NCBI GenBank assembly: GCA_964016885.1 | Contig: OZ024742.1 | Coordinates: forward strand, 88,412,001 to 88,476,000 | Length of the DNA stretch: 64,000 nucleotides | Reading direction: 5' to 3' | From: Eledone cirrhosa | Taxonomy: Eukaryota | Part shown: positions 28,530-41,446 of the stretch, piece by piece | Position numbering within the stretch: the stretch's first letter is position 1 | Layout of the letters: every line of letters starts with the position of its first letter | Translations under genes and position numbers: made by a program | The notes under the pieces: model-generated | Seen by the model: only the letters and a program-made list of their open reading frames with translations | What the model was told of the DNA's origin: nothing | Database searches by the model: none

Positions 28530-28830
28530 ATAACAATAATAATAATTAAGTCAAATATGTAAAATTTGGCTTCGTTTATTATAAATTATAGATATACTGG
28601 TATATATATTTCGGTGACAGCCATCATGATGGCGGTGATCTCTTCAAGCAGTCCAAATTGGTGTGGAAAAGACAGGTGCACATGTGGTTGAAGTGTGTTT
28701 TACTCCGTCAATACATCGATGTATGCCCAGCTCCAGGTTGTGTTGTTATTCCTCCGAGGAACTGGAATCGTCGAGTGCTCCAATCTGCTTGCTGAGGTGT
28801 CGGTAAACAACCAACATATACTAACAAATA
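28530..28830. mobile_element. Copy of the 15463 family (inverted arm + tail) with degenerate HHR
   Basis: tttcggtgacagccatc..tcttcaagcagtcc and tail tcgtcgagtgctc..ctgaggtgt match 15531-15574 and 15948-16000. Confidence 0.75.
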
Positions 28831-28920
28831 TATATATATATGCTATTGCATATTCGTATATACACACATATGAATGCTCTATAATATATATATATATTTA
28901 TATATATATATATATATATA

Positions 28921-29895
28921 TTAGAAAGTGAGGTTTTTTTTACAAAATGAAAAATAACCGAGGTGTCCTACACGAGTGAAAGTATAAAGAAAAAGAGATG
29001 AAATCGAAAATGCAACTGAAGTCTTATTTTTTTAAAATATATATATATTTATTTGATTCCTTTACCGGTTTCGCAGTTCTTCTGCTTTTCAAAAGGTGAG
29101 TTGAGATGGAGGGTCTGTGGTTTTTCTCACATCTGGTTGGTCTCTGAATGTTACTTGTTTCATATGGTTAAAAGTGGCTCGAAATTCCAGGTTTTTCGAG
29201 AAGTAATTTGATTGGTTTGTCAATAATTATAATAAATTTCGCGCCAGTTCGCGTTACAATAGTTCTTCAAATAAGAGAGGGGGGGGGTTGTCACAGGTTG
29301 TTTTTTCATATATGAGTGTTTGAATTTCTTTTTACTTGAAAAAAGGAGGCTCACGAAGGCTTTTTCTTGGTTGGTTATAAATGAAATTTGGCTGTCACGT
29401 GAACAAGTTTTTATTACATTTTTGCGCCCTTATTTGGAAAACTATTCTGTAGTCTTTATAGTGAATGTTATGACAATGGAGAGATAGTGGTCAAGAGAAA
29501 AGGGATTGGGAGAAATGTTCTGGTTCAGTGAATATGGCCAGCTCGCCGGGGTGTCAGAGTTCAGATTTTCTATTGAGACTGAAGATATGTATGTTTATTT
29601 GTGTGCTTGTGTGTGTGTATGTGTGTGTGTGTGTGTGTGTGTGTATTGGAAGATGATTCTATTAGTAGCGATGGGGGAGGGAGTTGTGTGTGTGTTTATA
29701 TGGGTGTTATGTGTGTGTGTGCGAGTATGTTAAGATGGAGAGAATATATATTTTGTGTGTGTGTATATATATATGTGTGTAGGAAAGTGGTTCTATTAGT
29801 AGAAATGGGGAGGGAGTTGTAGGTGTGGGGGTTGTTATGTGTGTGTATGGGTGTTATGTGTGTGGGAGTATGGTTAGCATGTTAAGATGAAGAGA

Positions 29896-29926
<31 letters not shown>

Positions 29927-30450
29927 GTGTGTATGTGTGTGTGTAGGAAAGTGATTCCTTTAGTAGGAATATTTTTGAATGAACATATTTTCCTTACTTT
30001 TTCGTGTTTGCCAGTGCAAACGTATGTTAAGGTTTATTTAGTTCGGGTTTTTATTTTCTAAAGGAGAAGGTGTTATGTGTGTGTGTGTATGTCATATTGT
30101 GGTGTTGACATAATGTATATTAAACCTTATTTAATGTTGGTCTATATTTTTGAATAAACATATTTTCCTTATTTATATAGGACAAACTAAACTCACACCC
30201 AGAAACAGAATGACAGTTCATCGCCAACAATTACGAGATCCAACCACGAGACAGATACCACTAAGTGCATATCTAGACATTTGCGCAAGTAATAAGACAC
30301 CCAAATTCCAAGTCTTCCCATTTTACCTTTGCGCTAACAATACAACAGAACAAATGCGAATAAATAAGGAAAATATGTTTATTCAAAAATATAGACCAAC
30401 ATTAAATAAGGTTTAATATACATTATGTCAACACCACAATATGACATACA
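28921..30450. mobile_element. Neptune-like 3' fragment (-) with inverted GIY-YIG piece (+); U3-A8 HHR at 29059-29096 (-)
   Basis: Colinear with 3111-4180; plus-strand YIGQTKLTPRNRMTVHRQQLRDP..KYRPTLN; cctt-TTGAAAA-gcag-aagaa-ctgc-GAAA-ccgg-TA-aagg. Confidence 0.85.
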
Positions 30451-30999
30451 CATTTGAGATCAACTAATATACAACTTATATAAATCTTCGTGTTTCTATA
30501 TCTTTAACTTATTTGGGTTTCATTCATTTAATTTATTTTAAATTTATCTTATTTCATTGTATCTTAATTTATTCTGTCTCCTTTAATATTTCCTGTTGAT
30601 ATCATTTGTTTTTCCCCCTGTTTTGGTGTTTTAATCGCGAAATATTCTTTGAACGATATTAATTACTAATATTTATAATTCAATTTGACCGGTCCTTCTC
30701 TCTGTATTTCTATTTCTCAGGCTGTCTCTGTCTCTCTTCTTCTTCCTTCCTCTCTTTCTATCTCTCTCTGTAGATCACACGAGATCTCTCTCTCTTTCTC
30801 TAAATCGCACCTTCAATTTCTCGCTGGACTTACCTATCTCCTTCTCTCTTCCCCTAACCTTTTCCCCCACTCTTCCCGCTATCTCTCTCGCTCCTCTCTT
30901 CTGTCTCTCTCCCCTCTCTTTTCTTCTGTTTCTTTTTCTTTTTTCTCTCTCTCTAGATCGCACTATCTCTCTCACTCTTTTTTTCCTCTAAATCGCTCC

Positions 31000-33900
31000 T
31001 CCACAGCGAAATGGACTGCATACAGGGAAAAGGTGAAATTAGGAGTCAGCGAAACTGGTCAAAGATGGAACTAGCGGTTTTGATCAAGGGGTGGAGCCAT
31101 GCTGATGCTTCACCACCAAGCAAAAAGATTGAGGAGACCCTGAAGAGCCATGGGTTTCTCAGGACCCTGGCACAAATAGAGAGAAAGAGAAAATAAATCG
31201 AGAAGGCCTATGTCCTTACAACGCCACATGTGGCGATGCTAAGCGGTGTCCTCAGGGAGGAGAAAAACGAAGAGAAAGGAGAAGAAAAAGAAAAGGAAGA
31301 TAGCACAAGCACGGACCTGAAAGAAAATGAGATATCCGCCGCCACAGTCAGGGAGGGAAGGCCGGGCAACCAACAAGCAAAAGGTAAAGGTGAGAAGCGA
31401 AATCACATTCCGAAGGAAAATCAAGCGCAGAGGGACCAGTGGACAACTGTTCAAAGGAAGAACAGAAAGCACCGATACACTGGGAACACGAAAACCCAAG
31501 TAATGTGCAAGTTTTTCAGGAACCGGACCTGCTGTCATGGAGAGATAGGGATGGGCTGCATATTCGCCCACCCTAGGTCTTAAACGAACTATGCCCATCC
31601 TACTCATGCAACATGCCCCAGCCAAATCCAAAACAGGCCGCTCCAGAAGTATGCTGATGTCGCGCGTGCCGCGCCAACAAGGAGAATGCACGCACATGCC
31701 GACGAGATACAGATGGCAGCAGCAGAGCAGAACAATTCTTTAGTGATGGCAGAGAAGATTGTGGGACAGCTGACCTGCCTGCAAAGTTTCCAGAGCCAGG
31801 GTCACCGACACCATCACTCGAGACCACCACAGCTAAGGGACCCAGAGTGGCCGCCGCTGATACCAGAGCAGGTCTCATACCGACAGCCATTACTGGCACC
31901 CCAAAAGTTGCAGCAGTGCTGCTGCTGAATGTAAGAGGCCTGGTGAAAGTCAGTAAAATGGGTAAAATTTCCTACTTGGGACACTTAGCCATAAGCAATC
32001 AAGCATTATGCATGGCACTAACCGAAACGCACCTGACAAGCAGTATAGAAGATGCAGAAATTCATATACCGAAATATACTGAATTTTGTTCAGATAGGAA
32101 GGAGAGAATGCATGGTGAGGTTGCTTTGTATATCCGTGAAGATGTCACACCAATTGTACAGTTGACACATTCAAACTCAGTCTGTGACACACTGATAGTA
32201 CATATGAAGCAACTACAGACAGTAATATGTGTCACATATCGGCCGCCCGATGCCCCCAATGATGAAGGTAAATTTGAGGATTGCCTCAGTAGGATAGAAG
32301 AGGTCCTTTACAAACTGAACCAGGGTCTCAACATTCAACTCCTGGCAAACTTCATCCTACCAAAGGTAAAATGGCCTGAGGGCCACCTCCTCCCTGGAAT
32401 GACGTCAATATAACAGAAACAGACGGAATCCCTGCTGGCCCTCCCACACAGGCTGTTCATGGAACAAGCAATACTCCTCCCAACAAGAGGCGAAAATGTC
32501 CTAGACCTCTGTTTTACAAACAACGAAGTGCTCATCCACAATGTAAAGGTGACATCAACAATGTTCTCGGATCATAACTTAGTAGAACTAATGATATGTG
32601 GTCCGAGAGAACCAACAGAGACAAAACCATCAAGAAGCACTGGGAGGTTATCCAGCCTTAACCTCTACATGGCTAACTGGAAAAAGATCAAGAGAGAAAT
32701 CCGGAAGCAAACATGGAGCGAAAACACCGCCACACAAGTCAACAACACACAATTTCAACACTTTATGACAACGATACACACTATATGCAAAAAGTGTGGC
32801 CCGGAGAAAAAGGCAAACATACACAAAAATCTTATTCCCAGATATAGGAAAATCCTTACGAGACGTAAACGCAAGCTCTCAAACCAGTTGAATGCACAAC
32901 AAGAAAGCAAAAACAAGAAGGAATCCTATTTGAAACCTGCACTACTTGGCACCGAGATTGCACTCAAACTTTCCCATGAAAATGAGAGTGCATTAAAACA
33001 AAACATTAAAACAATACCTAAGGCCTCCTTTAAATTTGCAAAAGAAACTGCCTCGGTACACTGCAAGATTGGGCCACTCTTCCATACAGACGCTTCATTA
33101 ACCGAGAATCCCCAAGTGATATGTAAAATACTGAACTAACAGTACAAAAGTGTGTTCACATGTCCACTGAGGCACATGAAAATAACAAAGCCAGAGGAGT
33201 TATTTGATGCCACAACACAACATGAAAAATGGCGACCATCAACCACATAGACATAACGGAGGAGGATGTGGTGTACGTCATATATGAAATTAGAACAGAC
33301 TCCGCTGTTGGACAGATGGATTACCAGCAGTCCTCTTAAAAACATGTAAACGGGCCTTAGCAACTCCACTCAAGATGCTCTTCAGAAGCTCCTTGGCTAA
33401 CGGTATACTACCCAGGGAGCTGAAAGAAGGCACAATATGCCATATCCATAAAGGAGGTAGCAAAAACTATAGGCCAGTCTCCCTGACGTAGCATATCAGT
33501 AAGGTCATGGAGCGAGTCATCAGAAAGAAACTGATCACTTTCCTCGACGAAAATGACCGCCTAACTAGCACGCAGCATGGCTTCCGCCCAGGAAGAAGCT
33601 GCCTTACACAGCTGCTACATCAATACGACTGGGTACTGAAACAACTGCTAGACAGCTCATATGTGGACGTGATATATCTTGACTCTGCGAAGGCCTTTGA
33701 CAAAGTCGACCACGGAATGATATGTCACAAACTACACGGACTCGGCATAACTGGAAAAGTAGGTGAGTGGCTGCATGACATCTTAAAGGAGAGAAGCCAG
33801 ACAGTCGCAGCAAACGGGGCCCTCTCAAAGGAAACACCAATAACAAGTGGGAAACACCAATAACAGTCCTGGGACCACTACTGTTTTTGGTGACTCTCTC

Positions 33901-34940
33901 AGACATGCCCTCTGTAGTACATACACCACCATCCCTCACTAGCTATGTTGATGACACTGAGGTAGCGCAGGCAATAAAAAACCCGGCTGACGCTGCCCTT
34001 TTACAACAAGATATGGATGCCATATACAAATGGGCGAAGAAAATAACATGCAGTTCAATGCTGACAAATTCCAAGCCCTACAATACAAACCTGCAAACAG
34101 TACAACACAGTTACGCAGGACCAGGAGGGACCGATATGCCCGTGACCGATATGCCCGTGTCAAAATCGATACGAGATATGGATATAGACATGAGCGATGA
34201 TGCATCTTTTTACTCACACATTATGAAAGTTGCGACAATGTGCAGACGACTCGCTGGCTGGATCTTGAGGACTTTCCGGACAAGAGACCGAGGTACCAGG
34301 CTGACACTATGGAGGACATTTGTCCTAAGCCTCCTGGACTATTGCCCCTAGTTGTGGTCACCACATAGTGTCAAGCTAACCACGAAGCTCGAGGCAATCC
34401 AGCGAAGCTACACCACGATGAAGGAGATACTCTACTGGGAGAGGCTAAAAGCACTGAACCTCTACTCCTTGGAACGAAGACGGGAGAGATACGCAGTGAT
34501 CTACATGTGGAAAATCCTGAAGCGACTAGCCCCAAACTTTGGCATTGGGAGCTGGACCAACCGTCGAACAGGACGTCACTATGAGGTGACAAAGGCCCCG
34601 TCTTCCACATCTAGAATAAGGAGCAGATATTGCAATAGCCTGGCATTCAAAGGCCCTCAACTCTTCAACAAGCTGCCGAGGGATCTGAGAGATCTGCATG
34701 GTGTAGAGGTGGATGTCTTCAAGAAATATCTCGACACCTTGCTCTCTAGGATCCCGGATGAGCCCACAGCAAGGCACGATGGAAACCAAAGTGCAGCAGC
34801 AACATCCTCCCTCTTACACCAGTGGCCAACCAATACAGGCTGGAGATAAAATGTGTAGCTACAAGGGCGTTGCCCCAGCATGGCCCTTGTAGATACACAT
34901 AGCCGGATGGCTGGAACAGGTAAAAGAGTAAAAGAGTAAT
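31000..34940 (+). mobile_element. Near full-length, inactivated CR1-like LINE (ORF1 with CCCH finger; ORF2 APE + RT)
   Basis: CKFFRNRTCCHGEIGMGCIFAHP; LLNVRGL..ALTETHL..YRPPDA..PTRGENVLDL..SDHNLV; QHGFRPGRSCLTQL..DSAKAFDKVDH; YVDDT; LYSLERRRERY; multiple stops and frameshifts. Confidence 0.92.
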
Positions 34941-34957
34941 ATATATATACATATATA

Positions 34958-35670
34958 GAAGCAAAAGTTTATACGGTTCGTTGATTATTCAACGGATTCG
35001 ATTTTACAATAGACTAGAAGCACTCGACAATTAATGTTCCTGGAGTATCTATAATAGTATTCAAAATATTAATAAATGAGAAATATCATAACCAAAGTAT
35101 TTATTTTATCATACATATTTCAAAGTTACAATGGTGCTTCAGTACGTTTTTATCAGATAAAATATGTAAGAGATTGGATATACGACATAACGCTAATGTA
35201 CTTGTATCATCAATTCCTGTAAAATATGGTAATTCACTGATAAATGATATGAACATTTAAAAAAATTTTGTAGTTTTGTCTAGCATTTGAAAACAACGGG
35301 TTTTTGTATTCTCTCCTTTACTTTATTTTTCCTTTTCCTTTTCTTCTTTTCTTTATTTCCCTTCTTTTCTCTCCGCATCTTCCCTTTTCTTCTTTTCTTT
35401 ATTTCCCTTTTTTCTCTCCCAATCTTCCCTTTCAACTCCCCTTCTATATATTATTTGTGGTATATAAATGTTGAGGGTTGGTGCAATAACTTACTGCCAC
35501 TACAGGAATTGATGATTCAAGTACCTTAGCCTTAAGTCGCATATCCAATCTCTTATATATTTTATCTGATGAAAATTTAAGAAATACCATTGTAACTTTA
35601 AATAAGTATAATAAAATATATACTTTGGTTATGATAATTCTCATTTATTAATATTTTGAATAATATTATA
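34958..35670. mobile_element. Fold-back element with decayed HHR-like core
   Basis: 35051-35222 is inverted at 35500-35670; left arm about 90 nt longer; ctgatga..gaaa at about 35566-35584 without clean stems. Confidence 0.7.
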
Positions 35671-35679
35671 TATATATAT

Positions 35680-36284
35680 GTCAGGTCACCAGTTGGTGCT
35701 ACTGGTAACATGTAGCCCAGTACAACCTGTCTCATGGTCGGGTCGTTGGTGACTAAACTGGCAACCCCACCAAGGTTTCTTGGTGAGGAGGGTGACTTTG
35801 GACATTCTGCAGGACTAAAAACAAAACCTGTCAAAGGGCAAAGGAGCTCTTAAAAGTCAATGGCCATCCAAATTCACCGGGAGAGATGGCCCCTTAGCCT
35901 TTGTCAAGGCAGAATTCTAGGAGAAGGAAAACTCTGATATAACACCTGCAACCCTGATGTTATCCAATGATGTTGACTTGTTCTACTTTTTGTAAATATC
36001 ATCTTGGTTAAGAGAGTGGGACTGGCTTTGTGCAGTGCCTTTGCTCATTATAAAAGCTTCACGGCATAGGCATGGCTTTATATCTGGAGATCTCTCTGCA
36101 CTTGTCGTCACATGGTACCATGGGCCCAGCACTATGTGTCAATAATTGTCACAAGTGTAGTGTTTGTACCAGAGTTTTCAATTCACTGGCTGGACTAAAA
36201 GGTCACACTCGTTCAGCCCATCGGTGGGGGTTCTCCTACATGGATATGAAGTAGTGGCCGCACTCGAAAACGAGTTGGCAGCCA

Positions 36285-36286
<2 letters not shown>
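35680..36286 (+). mobile_element. Non-autonomous RTE derivative (5' UTR joined to C-terminal C2H2 finger and 3' end)
   Basis: aggagaaggaaaactctga resembles RTE 5' UTRs; CSVCTRVFNSLAGLKGHTRSAH; no RT between them; TA flanks. Confidence 0.55.
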
Positions 36287-36363
<77 letters not shown>

Positions 36364-36391
36364 AAATAACAGGAGGCTGGACTAATGTTCC

Positions 36392-36431
<40 letters not shown>

Positions 36432-36465
36432 AGTGTATAAAATAACAGGAGGCTGGACTAATGTT

Positions 36466-36505
<40 letters not shown>

Positions 36506-37504
36506 TAAATATAAGTTGATATACACATACATATGTGTCTGTTGTGTCTGGTGTATGCGATGTGTGAATAGCATTCCTACTCTACTTAGAAGGAAAAGTA
36601 TTCTCCTCTCTTAGAAACTTGTATTTTTGCTGTATTTGTCCTTGATGCTTTCCCTAGAAGCGTATCATACCTTTTACTCTTTGCTTATTGTTGCCTAAAA
36701 GGATTATTCCAGCTGCTGCATAAAGGAAATGTCTCATGGAAATATTTCTCACGAATATTTCATATGCTATGTAAAGCAAATGCATTGTCAAAATATAACA
36801 CTTTTCTCACAGCAATAATTTTAGTTGAAATCTCTCTTGGCGTTTTCAATGTACTATTTATTCTGACCTTGTTTCTGGCTTATTTTTTTCTTGATTGTGT
36901 ATATTTACATTCCATGATATAACACATCTGTTATATGAAATACTAGATATTATTTCTTCCTTGCTTCAACATTTTTATGGGCAAAATATATTGATATATA
37001 GCTTATAAATATACATTTTAATGTGAGTATTCTCTTGCGTAAGGGAGAATATTATAAATGTAGTGAACTTAAGCCTTTCTCTAAAGGCCATATGATTGAC
37101 CTTCAGACATTTCCTTGCAGAATAACTCCAATGATATCCTCGTTTCTAACATGCTTTTAAAACCTGCATTCACATTTTGGCCGGATAGCTGGCTGGTGTA
37201 ACCGATTTCGCTTCCTAACCGTCCATTCCAGCTTCAGTCATAATGCATGGAACCTCGAGTAAATGTACCCTACTATAGATCCAAATTTATGCGTGAAATG
37301 TACTATGAGGAACCTTTGTGAAAGACGGGTGTATACATCTGGTCTCCCACTGTTATAATATTGTAGTAGTAGTAGTAGTAGTAGTAGTAGTAATAGTAGT
37401 AGTAGTACTAGGAATACTTTCATTTAAAGTTGATTACATATATTCCTGCATGTTTCTGTATTATATCATTAAACAGAATTTCCTACACACAAATACACAC
37501 ATAT

Positions 37505-37542
<38 letters not shown>

Positions 37543-37546
<4 letters not shown>

Positions 37547-40500
37547 CAAAGGAATTGCGGTAAGGAACCACATGGACCATAACGCACCAGAGTACTCAAT
37601 ACTTAGGGTAGTAGAGTGGGAAATAGGAAAAGGTATGACCCCGACGGTGGAGCTCAAGCCGTTTCGACGGCTATTTCGGGACTATATTAGAATGTTTAGT
37701 CTGGTGAATAAATAGGCGAACTTCTCAAGGGGGTACTTCCTTATATGGGAAGATTGTAGTTGTCAAGAGTATTGGTTAAAATCTGTTGTAAACACAAATA
37801 ATCTATTATGGCATTTGGTGGGGGGTAGGGGTGGCTCAACTTACCTGTAGAACAATAGGGGAGTGAGTGGAGTGGTCAAGCGTTGAAAGTGCTATATATA
37901 CAACAGATTCTAAGCATAGTGTATGAAGTGGAGGAGGGAGGTTATAGAATAGGTAAATAGAATGAGAGTAGGAGACAATAAAAGATAATAGAAAGAAAAA
38001 AAATATATATAGTGAGAAATGAATAAAAAAAATCACAATGCTATCTTACAATTACAGGTTAATATGTTGAGAATAGAAAAAACACTTGTAGAAATTGAGT
38101 ATTACCAGAACTGATACAAAATTAAAGGGGTTTAACACTTCTGCTATAACTAGTTAGTAAAACGTATTCAGCCAATTCTATCTAAAAATTCCAGGGGTGT
38201 GGGAAATGATGCTACAGAGGCCCGATGTGCCGCATCGGGGTAGGGGAAAGGGGAAAAGCGGACGAGGAAGAAAATAGGGGGTGGAAGTGATAGGACAAGA
38301 CAGGAGGAAGAAGAAGACAAAGAGGAAAAGCAAAGAGATACATCTACCTAAGTAAGCTGGGATTTCCTCTAACTTATTCGGCAAGTGGGCGGGGGGAGGG
38401 GGAGGACGGGGGGTAACAGCCTTTGTCTACCCACTCGGGTCGTTACGGGGTTTGAGGGCGAGGTAAGTCCTACGCAATCTGTGTTTGCATGCGGTAACCA
38501 ATTCGTCTTTCTTGTTTAGGAGTTGGTCCTTCGAAACAGCATTTATAATGTTTCCTCCAAGCATAAGTTACACGGACGGCGTCCTCCCGTGTAAGAGTTA
38601 TCACTGGACAGTAAGCTCCAAGTGAAATTTTAGGTTACATTATTATCTTGGACGTCCCAGATGTGGCACGAAAGTGTAGAGGCATGTCGCAGGACCGGGT
38701 TTCGGAAAGTATGCCGTTGTTGGTAGAGCCGGATCTTGAAGGTTAATCCTATATACGCTTTGTCGGAGGTGTCCGTCTTCACGTTGCACTCGTAGAGCAC
38801 ATTAATTTCTCGGCATTTGTTGTTGTGGGGGCACGTAGATCTATCAGGGCAGTTACACCTCCTGGTCGGCTCTCCGCTGATGTCTAGGTTATTTCTTCCA
38901 TAGGGGTTGAGTTTTTTTATGTTTGATGAGACGATGTTTTGTGCAAAGTTAGGTGTGGTACTGTAGGAGAGTTTGATGGCGTTTTTGTTGATTATGTTGT
39001 GGTAGTGGTGTTGTAGTGGGAAGTGTTTTTCGAGGAGTCTAAAGAAGATTTTCCCGATAGGTGTTGCCACCTCGGCATTATGGGGAGGATTGAACCACGT
39101 TACGTTGCGTGCGCGGCGGTGTCGCCTGCTGGTTCCGCTAAGGGAAGCTGGATAAAAGGATATTTCCTCCCGGAAGCCACTTCAGAGTGAAGTAATTAAT
39201 CCGTGGGTCTGGGGGTTCAGTGCGGGCGGTGACTCCGAGGCTGGAGGTATTTGTTGTCCATCTCGATTTATGTCCTTGATAATTGAATGGTTAGCCTTTT
39301 TTATAGGTGGAGTTTAGGCTGCTCCTGATCAGTGTGTGATATCTGTCAGGATTGACGAAGAAGATGTTTCCAGTTTTGTCCGAGTGCAGGAAGACAGTCC
39401 TACTTTTCGACAACTCCAAGTGGATAAAGAGAGCTCCCGACTCTCCCTTCGACGTCAGTATGGGCGCGACGGCTTCGGCCGAGGTCACAGATCTTATAGG
39501 ATTATTCCTACTATTTAAACTCTCCGAAATGTTTCCTCCATTCGGCGGTGGATTGTACCCGGATGATGGGCTCCTTACCCTCAAAGGGTACAACCCCAGT
39601 AGTACAGACCGGGTCTGTAAACAACTAATCAACTTCTTCCGGGACTGGGGATTTAAAATCACCATACAAAGGTCCATAACCCGAGTCAATTTCCTGGACG
39701 TTACCCTTAACCTCGATAATGAGCTGTACTACCATCGAGGAAACCAAACGACAACCAGCACTACATCCACCGCCGGTCTAACCATCCTAGAAACATCACC
39801 AATAACCTGGTTAAAAACATCTCCCTCTGCATATCTCGTTTGTCCGCTAATGAGCAGGCCCTCAAGCGGAGTGGCTTCCGGGAGGAAATATCCTTTCATA
39901 CAACTTCTCTTAGCGGAACCAGCAGCCGACACGGCCGCTCACGCAACTTAAAGTGGTTCAATCCTCCACACAATGTCGAGGTGTCAACATCTATCGGGAA
40001 AATCTTCTTTAGACTCCTCGAAAAACACTTCGCACTACAACACCGCTACCACAACATAATCAACAGAAACTCCATCAAACTCTCCTACATCACCACACCT
40101 AACATGGTACAAAACATCGTCTCCTCAAACAAAAAACTAAACCCCTATAGAAGAAATAACCTAGATATCAGTGGAGAGCCGACCAGGAGATGTAAGTGCG
40201 CTGATAGATCTACTTACCCCCTCAAAACAAATGCCGAAAACGTAAAGTGATCTCCCAGTGCAACGTGAGGACGGACACCTCCAACAAAGCTTATATAGGA
40301 TTAACCGCATGAGACTTCAAGACCCGGCTCTACCAGCACCTACATACTTTCTGAAACCCGGTCCGACGACAAGCACTACACTTTCGGGCCACATCTGGGA
40401 CCTCCAAGACAGTAATATAACCTACAATCTCACTTGGAGCTTACTGTCCAGAGATAACTCTTACACGGGAGGATGCCGTCCGTGTAAATCATGCTCGGAG

Positions 40501-41427
40501 GAAACATTACAAATGCTGTTTTCGAATGACAAACTCCTAAACAAGTAAGACGAACTGGTTACCGCATGCAAACACAGATTGCATAGGACTTACCTCGCCC
40601 TCAAACCCCATAACGACCCGGGTGGGTGGACAATGGCTGTTACCCAACACACACACACACTTGCCGAATAAGTTAGGGGAAACCCCAGCTTACGTAGGTA
40701 GACGTATCTCTTTTCTTTTCTTTTCCTCTTTGTCTTCTTCTTTCCCCTGTCTCATCCTATCACTTCCTTCCACCACCTATTTTATTCCTAGGCTACTTTT
40801 CCCCTTTCGCCTACCCCGATGCAGCCCATCTGGCCTCTGCCGCATCAGTTCCCCCACCCCTGTAATTTTAAGATAGAATTGGCCGAATACGTTTTACTAA
40901 CCACGTATAGCAGAAGTGTTAAACCTCTTTAATGTTGTATCAGTTCTGGTAATACTCTATTTCTACAAGATTTTCTATTCTCAACTTATTAACCTGTAAT
41001 TGTAAGATAGCATTGTGATTTTTTTTATTCATTTCTCACTATATATATATTTTTTTTCTATTATCTTTTATTGTCTCCTACTCTCATTCTATTTACCTAT
41101 TCTATAACCTGCCTCCTCCACTTCATACACTATCCTTAGAACCTGCTGTATACATAGCACTTTCAACGCTTGAGCGCTCCACTCACACCCCTATTGTTCT
41201 ACAGGCAAGTTCAGCCACCACTATCCCCCACCAAATGCCATGATAACCTTATTTGTGTTTACAACAAATTTTAACCAATCCTCTTGACAACTACAATCTT
41301 CCCATATAAGCAAGTACACCCTTGATAAGTTCGGCTATTTATTCACCAGGCTAAACATTCGGATATAGTCCAGAAATAGCCGTCGAAACGGCTTGAGCTC
41401 TGCCGTCAAGGTCATACTGTTTCCTAT
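37543..41427. mobile_element. 3.9-kb head-to-head Naiad-like PLE fold-back; U3-A8 HHRs at 37638-37734 (-) and 41317-41412 (+)
   Basis: FDVSMGATASAEVTDLIGLFLL, GLYPDDGLL, VNFLDVTLNL, WFNPPH, CNCPDRSTCP..AYIGLT; 37622-39180 is inverse to 39870-41427. Confidence 0.92.
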
Positions 41428-41446
41428 ATATACATATATATAATAT

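Noticed and set aside
37180-37290. Very degenerate third SINE family
   Set aside because: Only a loose resemblance from memory, with no second copy in the window.
38630-40548. Selenocysteine recoding as described for some Naiad PLEs
   Set aside because: The linker cysteines I can read (CNC..C..C here and near 14180) use ordinary Cys codons, and I saw no convincing SECIS. The stops look like decay.
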